NCBI GenBank assembly: GCA_045863235.1
Contig: BTUM01000131.1
Coordinates: 1 to 13,486 of the forward strand
DNA: 13,486 nt
Source: Candidatus Xenobia bacterium
Lineage (GTDB): Bacteria; Vulcanimicrobiota; Xenobia; Xenobiales; QWHO01
Direction: 5' to 3'
The notes under the pieces were generated by a model. It searched no databases and was not told the DNA's origin. It saw nothing but the letters and a program-made list of their open reading frames with translations. A program made the position numbers and the translations under genes. Positions 9,102-13,486 of this stretch are shown one piece after another. Position 1 is the first letter of the stretch. Every line of letters starts with the position of its first letter.

Positions 9102-9178
9102 AAGTCCGGCCGAAAACCCCCTGTGGTGTCGGAGGGGACCTCCGCCACCACAGGATACTGTAGGCGGCCGGACTTCTA
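9099..9178. other. 80-bp nested inverted-repeat (rod-like hairpin) element; possible small RNA, MITE or terminator
   Basis: Perfect 14-bp outer stem TAGAAGTCCGGCCG (9099-9112) / CGGCCGGACTTCTA (9165-9178), a 7/10-nt internal bubble, and inner stems CCTGTGGTG/CACCACAGG and CGGAGG/CCTCCG. Confidence 0.7.
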
Positions 9179-9197
9179 GCACAATCTGTTGGGCGTC

Positions 9198-9238
9198 GCG
9201 CAGCCGGAAACGCGTGTCAAGGGGGTTTCCGGCTGCGC
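9198..9238. terminator. 14-bp perfect GC-rich hairpin just downstream of the microprotein gene; possible terminator or 3' stabilising stem
   Basis: GCGCAGCCGGAAAC (9198-9211) / GTTTCCGGCTGCGC (9225-9238) with a 13-nt loop. There is no U-tract on either side, so terminator function is uncertain. Confidence 0.45.
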
Positions 9239-9245
9239 ACCTAGC

Positions 9246-9440
9246 CTAGGCCACGTTTGCTCTGGCGTAGTAATCCGCCGGCATCCCCAGCCGCACCGCG
9301 CAGGGCACGCAGATGCCGTGCGACTCGGGGGGCGGCTCCAGGCCCTTGCGTCCGGGTCGCAGCTCGGTCTTGCACCATGCGCACAGCAGCCGGAAGTCCT
9401 CCGGCGCAAAGCTGATGGGCGGGGGTAACGTTTTCAGCAT
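9246..9440 (-). CDS. 64-aa putative zinc-binding microprotein (CAWC...SHGICxxC)
   Basis: MLKTLPPPISFAPEDFRLLCAWCKTELRPGRKGLEPPPESHGICVPCAVRLGMPADYYARANVA, starting at ATG 9440. The longer 9246-9629 ORF call overlaps hrpB and is unlikely. Confidence 0.7.
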   Translation of the reverse strand: MLKTLPPPISFAPEDFRLLCAWCKTELRPGRKGLEPPPESHGICVPCAVRLGMPADYYARANVA

Positions 9441-9466
9441 ATTTTCAGTGTGACCGATTAAGGTTA
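9432..9466 (+). promoter_or_regulatory. Direct-repeat activator box plus -10 element upstream of hrpB (site B), overlapping a divergent -10-like hexamer
   Basis: TTTCAG-catat-TTTCAG-N10-TAAGGT on the plus strand, and TAACCT on the minus strand at 9461-9466, in a distinctly AT-rich patch. Confidence 0.55.
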
Positions 9467-9525
9467 AAAACTCACGCTCGGTTTTTGTCCAGGATGTTGC
9501 GAGATCGCCTGGAACGAGTCGACGC

Positions 9526-11823
9526 GTGCTCCCCGTAGACCTTCTCAAGAGCGATCTGCTCACCGCCCTGCACTCAAATCCCCTTGTGGTGGTGCAGGCT
9601 CCGCCCGGCAGCGGCAAGACAACCCGCATCCCGCTCTGGCTTCAGGGCCCCGTGATCGTGCTCGAGCCGCGCCGTCTGGCAGCCCGCTGGGCGGCTCGCT
9701 TCGTGGCCGGGCAGCTGGGCCAGGCAGTGGGGGAGGAGGTGGGCTACCAGGTGCGCTTCGACAACCAGGCCGGCCGGCGCATCACCTATGCCACCGAGGG
9801 CATCCTGACCCGCCGCCTGCTCGACGATCCGGGCTTGAGCGGAGTTCAGGCCGTGGTGCTCGACGAGTTCCACGAGCGTCACCTGCACGCCGACGTGGCG
9901 CTGGCGCTGCTGCGCCGTCGCGTCGATCTCAAGCTGGTCTTGATGTCGGCCACCCTGGATGCGGAAGATCTGGCCACCCGTCTGGGCGGGGCCCCGGTGC
10001 TCAAGTGCGAGGGGCGTCTTTATCCGGTCGAAACCACCTACCTCGACCAGGCCGGCCCGCTGGAGGAGCAGGTCACCCGCGCCCTCGAGCGAGCCATCCG
10101 CGAGAACCGCGAGGGGCATGTGCTGGTCTTCTTGCCCGGAGCGGCCGAGATCCGCCGTTGCCGCGAGCTGGCCGGGCAGCGCTTCCCCGCCTTCCGGGTG
10201 CTGCCGCTGCACGGTGAGCTTTCCCCCGAGGAGCAGGATGAGGCGGTGCAGCCGGGCGAGCAGCGCAAGATCATCCTCTCCACCAACGTGGCCGAGACCT
10301 CGGTCACCATCGAGGGCGTCAGCGCCGTCATCGACAGCGGTCTGGCGCGGGTGGCGGTGGGGCGGTCGCTGCGGCTCGAGCGCATCGCCCGCTCCTCGGC
10401 CGACCAGCGGGCCGGGCGGGCCGGTCGCACCGGCCCTGGTCGCTGCTATCGGCTCTACTCCGAGCGAGACTACGCCGGGCGCCCGGCCCAGCTCGAGCCC
10501 GAGATCCGCAGACTCGAGCTGTCGCAGGTGGTGCTCGAGCTCGAGCGCATGGGGGTCGTGCCGGAAGAGCTGCCCTGGCTCGAGCCGCCTCCCGCCGAGT
10601 CGCTCAGGACGGCTCGCGAGCTCTTGACCCGCCTGGGAGCCCTCCACCAGGGGCGCATCACCGAGCTGGGCAAACGCATCGCCGCTTATCCCGTGCATCC
10701 CCGCCTGGGGCGGCTGATCGAGGCCTGCGGCGACTACCGCCTGGCGGCCATGCTGAGCGAGCGCCAGGACCGATTGGACGAGCCAGCCCGCGTGCGCGGT
10801 CCCTCCGACCCGCTGCACATGCTGCCCCGGGCCAACGTGCAGAAGGTGGCCCGCCAGCTCGAGCAGATCGGCGGCCCGCGCAAGCCTCCCTCCGAGAACG
10901 AACAGTTGCGCGCTCTCTTGCTGGCCTTCCCCGACCGGGTGGGGCGCCTGCGCGGGGGCGAGGTGGTGCTGGCCTTCGGCCAGTCGGCCCGGGTGGCCGA
11001 GTCGAGCGTGGTGGGCGGGGTGGACCTGGTGGTCGTGGTGGAGCTCGACGAGCGCTTCGAGCCGGGCGGCAAGAAGCTGGTGGCCCGCTCGCTCTCGGCC
11101 ATCCAGAGCGACTGGCTGTACGAGCACTTCTTCGACGAGCTGCAAGAGGTCAGCGAGCACTCGCTGGTGGACGGCCGGGTGGAGGAGCGCCGGATGGTGC
11201 GCTACGGCCAGCTGGTGCTGGAGGAGAGCCGGCGGGCTGCCCCGCCATCGGGCGCGGCCAGCGAGGTGCTCTACCGGGCCCTGCGCCGCCGCGAGCTACC
11301 CGAGGAGGTGCACAACCAGCTGGCCCGCCTGGCCACGGTGGCCCGGGCCCTGCCCGAAGAGGGGCTCGAGCTGCCCTCGCAGGAAGCCATCGATCGAGCC
11401 TTGCGCCGTCTGTGCGAGGGGAGAACGCGGTTGGAGGACGTGCCCCTCTTCGCCCTGGTGGGCGAGCTGGGGCTGCCCCAGAATCGCCTCGACCAGCTGG
11501 CGCCCAATTGGGTCTCTCTGCCCGGGCGGGGGCGGGTCAAGATCCACTACGAGACCGACCGGGCCCCCTGGCTGGCCTCGCGACTGCAGGATTTCTGCGG
11601 CTTGAAGCAGGGATTTACGGTGGCCAGGGGGCGGGTGCCCGTGGTCTTGCACCTGCTCGCCCCCAACCAGCGCCCGGTGCAGCTCACCACCGATCTCGCG
11701 GGCTTCTGGGAGCGCACCTACCCGAGCGTGCGCCGCGAGCTGTCACGGCGCTACCCGCGCCATCCCTGGCCGGAAGATCCGACCGTGCCCCTGCCTCCCA
11801 GGGAGGCGCGCGGCCGACGTTGA
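9526..11823 (+). CDS. hrpB: ATP-dependent DEAH-box RNA helicase HrpB
   Basis: Motifs APPGSGKTT, EPRRLAAR, DEFH, MSAT, STNVAETSVTI and QRAGRAGR, plus the HrpB C-terminal signature LHLLAPNQRPVQLTTDLAGFWERTYPSVRRELSRRYPRHPWPEDP. Confidence 0.95.
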   Translation: MLPVDLLKSDLLTALHSNPLVVVQAPPGSGKTTRIPLWLQGPVIVLEPRRLAARWAARFVAGQLGQAVGEEVGYQVRFDNQAGRRITYATEGILTRRLLDDPGLSGVQAVVLDEFHERHLHADVALALLRRRVDLKLVLMSATLDAEDLATRLGGAPVLKCEGRLYPVETTYLDQAGPLEEQVTRALERAIRENREGHVLVFLPGAAEIRRCRELAGQRFPAFRVLPLHGELSPEEQDEAVQPGEQRKIILSTNVAETSVTIEGVSAVIDSGLARVAVGRSLRLERIARSSADQRAGRAGRTGPGRCYRLYSERDYAGRPAQLEPEIRRLELSQVVLELERMGVVPEELPWLEPPPAESLRTARELLTRLGALHQGRITELGKRIAAYPVHPRLGRLIEACGDYRLAAMLSERQDRLDEPARVRGPSDPLHMLPRANVQKVARQLEQIGGPRKPPSENEQLRALLLAFPDRVGRLRGGEVVLAFGQSARVAESSVVGGVDLVVVVELDERFEPGGKKLVARSLSAIQSDWLYEHFFDELQEVSEHSLVDGRVEERRMVRYGQLVLEESRRAAPPSGAASEVLYRALRRRELPEEVHNQLARLATVARALPEEGLELPSQEAIDRALRRLCEGRTRLEDVPLFALVGELGLPQNRLDQLAPNWVSLPGRGRVKIHYETDRAPWLASRLQDFCGLKQGFTVARGRVPVVLHLLAPNQRPVQLTTDLAGFWERTYPSVRRELSRRYPRHPWPEDPTVPLPPREARGRR

Positions 11824-11834
11824 ACGCTGCCGGC

Positions 11835-12227
11835 ATGAAAGTGCGCGACCTGATGAAGAGCCCCGTCCTGTCGGTTGGACAGGATACCTCCCTGCAAGAG
11901 CTGGTTGAGCTGCTCGACCAGAAGATGATCACCGGTGTTCCGGTGGTGGACGGCGAGGGGAAAGTCATCGGGGTGGTTTCACGCTCGGACGTGGCCATTC
12001 ACTGGTCGCGCAGCGAGGACGGCGAAGACCTGCGCGAACAGTCGGTGGCCGAGATCATGACCCCGTTCGCCTTCCAGGTTCGGGCCGAGGACGAAGTGGT
12101 GGGACTGGTGGATACGATGCTGGCCGGAGGCATCCACCGGGTGGTGGTCTCCGACGACGAGGGCCGTCCGGTGGGCATCGTCACCAGCATGGACATCGTG
12201 CGCGATTATCGGCGACTGCTTGGCTGA
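11835..12227 (+). CDS. Stand-alone CBS domain pair protein (130 aa)
   Basis: MKVRDLMKSPV...ITGVPVVDGEGKVIGVVSRSD...VAEIMTP...IHRVVVSDDEGRPVGIVTSMD. The start at ATG 11835 follows the hrpB stop after an 11-nt gap. Confidence 0.92.
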   Translation: MKVRDLMKSPVLSVGQDTSLQELVELLDQKMITGVPVVDGEGKVIGVVSRSDVAIHWSRSEDGEDLREQSVAEIMTPFAFQVRAEDEVVGLVDTMLAGGIHRVVVSDDEGRPVGIVTSMDIVRDYRRLLG

Positions 12228-12423
12228 GCAGCAGCATATCAAGCTGGACCAGTTCCTCAAGTGGCAGGGGCTGGTGGAGACCGGCGGGCATGCCAAGCAG
12301 CTCATTCAGGGCGGCGAGGTGCTCGTCAACGGCGAGGTGGAGACCCGGCGCGGCCGCAAGCTGCACACCGGCGACCGGGTCGAGCTGGCCGGGCAGACGG
12401 TTACGGTTCCCCTGCTCGAGTAA
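12220..12423 (+). CDS. S4-domain RNA-binding protein (YaaA/YbcJ family)
   Basis: IKLDQFLKWQGLVETGGHAKQLIQGGEVLVNGEVETRRGRKL is the S4_2 family signature. The TTG start overlaps the end of the CBS gene. Confidence 0.92.
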   Translation: MAEQQHIKLDQFLKWQGLVETGGHAKQLIQGGEVLVNGEVETRRGRKLHTGDRVELAGQTVTVPLLE

Positions 12424-12457
12424 AGAAAAAGCCCGGGTCCTGCGAGAAGACCCGGGT
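12422..12457 (-). terminator. Rho-independent terminator for the 12492-13259 gene, between convergent genes
   Basis: Stem CCCGGGTC (12432-12439) / GACCCGGG (12449-12456), followed on the minus strand by TTTTTCTTT. Confidence 0.8.
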
Positions 12458-12491
12458 GAAGACAAACGTCTGGCGGTGAAGCCTGTCTGGA

Positions 12492-13259
12492 TCAGGTGAG
12501 TGAGCGATGGCGCTCGGCCACGGCCGCGGCTCCCTCGCCATCGAAGCGCACCGCGGCCACCGTGCTGATCGTGGCATTGCCGGTCTTGGCCTGGGCCTCG
12601 GTCATGGGCTTGTCGAACTTTGCATAGAGCGTGCTGAGCAGGGCGTCCTGCTCGTCCTTGGTGAGGCGCGCCGTCTCGCTGTGGGTATTCTCGGGATTGC
12701 TCAAGAGTGAGATGTGGCCGTCGATGTTGGTGACGCCCGGCGTGACCGGGGCCAGGTGCCCGACCTTGCTCTCGGTCTGCACGATGAAAGCGCGCTTCTC
12801 GCCCGAGGCGGTGTCGAAATCGACCTGGAAGCGTCCCGCGCCGAAGGGCTGCGGAGCCTCGGGGCGATAGATCTTGGTCTGCGGGATGCTGCGGGTGGTG
12901 TGCTTGATGCCGGTCAGCGTGCCGTCCTTGAGCTCGTCGAGGAACTGCTTGACTTCCGAGCGCACCTGGGGCTCGGCGGCCGGCTCGTCGAGCTGGGCGA
13001 TCGGCTTGTGGGGGTCGGCTCCGGCCGCCTTGGAGGGGCTCACGGTGACCTTGATCCCGCCCACTTCCAGGGTCACCTGGGCCCCGGTGGCGTTGGCCAT
13101 CTCGGCGGCCTGCTTGGTGACGGCTTCGATCTGCTTGCCGATGTCCACGCTGTCGGACGGGCCGGAGGTGTCTTCCTTCTCGACGCGGCGGCGGCGGTTT
13201 CCGCCCTGCAGGCAGCTGCCCCCGGTGATGGCTGAGTTGGGCTGGGTGTAAACATTCAT
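12492..13259 (-). CDS. Hypothetical protein (255 aa) with a low-complexity N-terminus
   Basis: Long ORF with GC-rich third codon positions, RBS GAGGGG upstream of the ATG, an upstream promoter motif and a downstream terminator. No recognisable family. Confidence 0.8.
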   Translation of the reverse strand: MNVYTQPNSAITGGSCLQGGNRRRRVEKEDTSGPSDSVDIGKQIEAVTKQAAEMANATGAQVTLEVGGIKVTVSPSKAAGADPHKPIAQLDEPAAEPQVRSEVKQFLDELKDGTLTGIKHTTRSIPQTKIYRPEAPQPFGAGRFQVDFDTASGEKRAFIVQTESKVGHLAPVTPGVTNIDGHISLLSNPENTHSETARLTKDEQDALLSTLYAKFDKPMTEAQAKTGNATISTVAAVRFDGEGAAAVAERHRSLT

Positions 13260-13298
13260 GGTGATCTGTCCCCTCGAATCGTAATCTTCTTCGTGGGC

Positions 13299-13331
13299 AG
13301 TTTAGGAAGTGGGGCTGAAACATTCCTGAAC
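13299..13331 (-). promoter_or_regulatory. Direct-repeat activator box plus -10 element upstream of the 255-aa gene (site C)
   Basis: The minus strand reads GTTCAG-gaatg-TTTCAG-N10-TAAACT, with 39 nt between the -10 and the ATG. Confidence 0.6.
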
Positions 13332-13431
13332 GCCACCTCATCCCTGGCAAAGTGGGGAACGGCTCCCCTGTCACGAGGCCGGAGCGCACGGTCCCGGTCC
13401 ACCGCTTGCCCCCCGCTTCCCCGGTCGTGAA

Positions 13432-13481
13432 CCCGGAACGCGCGTTCGTCGTGATCGGGCTCGGAAGCGGATCATGATCCG
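13432..13481 (-). repeat. Inverted third copy of the REP-like repeat
   Basis: Its reverse complement matches 17-66 at 49 of 50 positions. The single change makes GAACGCGCGTTC a perfect palindrome. Confidence 0.9.
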
Positions 13482-13486
13482 TCTCC

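Noticed and set aside
9099..9238. c-di-GMP riboswitch, SRP RNA, 6S RNA, tRNA or hammerhead ribozyme
   Set aside because: I could not find the diagnostic conserved motifs of any of these by eye. The position is 3' of both flanking genes, and the rod is far shorter than 6S RNA.
4176..11160. Long antisense and alternative-frame ORFs (4176-5567, 4841-6019, 5640-6839, 7800-8777, 9574-11160; likewise 57-851, 1968-3074, 12181-13389)
   Set aside because: These are shadow ORFs expected in high-GC DNA overlapping well-supported genes, and they have no recognisable motifs.
11412..11834. N-terminal extension of the CBS ORF (271-aa call)
   Set aside because: It overlaps the conserved hrpB C-terminus in another frame; the CBS signature starts at ATG 11835.
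1..13486. Whole window as a transposon, prophage or circular element bounded by inverted repeats
   Set aside because: There is no transposase, integrase, replication or phage gene, and the content is chromosomal (hrpB, S4 protein). The shared terminal 8-mer TCCGTCTC is too short to show circularity.

Overview
GC-rich bacterial chromosomal segment, probably a whole contig, bounded at both ends by copies of a palindromic REP-like repeat (two direct copies on the left, one inverted copy on the right). Genes in order: CapA/PGA_cap-family metallophosphoesterase (-), small membrane-anchored hypothetical (+), papain-like C1 cysteine peptidase lipoprotein (+), DUF2236/MpaB-Lcp-like heme oxygenase (-), 1602-aa Ser/Thr kinase-AAA(STAND)-helical repeat-GAF-GGDEF diguanylate cyclase (+), a structured intergenic region with two long hairpins, a 64-aa CxxC/HxxCxxC microprotein (-), an hrpB-CBS-S4 (YaaA/YbcJ-like) operon (+), and a 255-aa hypothetical (-). 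The main unexplained signal is one promoter architecture, TTTCAG-N5-TTTCAG-N10/11-TANNNT, found in four separate intergenic regions. Its geometry matches a Pho-box/OmpR-family activator site and suggests an uncharacterised regulon. No transposase, integrase, CRISPR array, tRNA or rRNA was recognised. All calls come from reading motifs by eye; no database searches were run.
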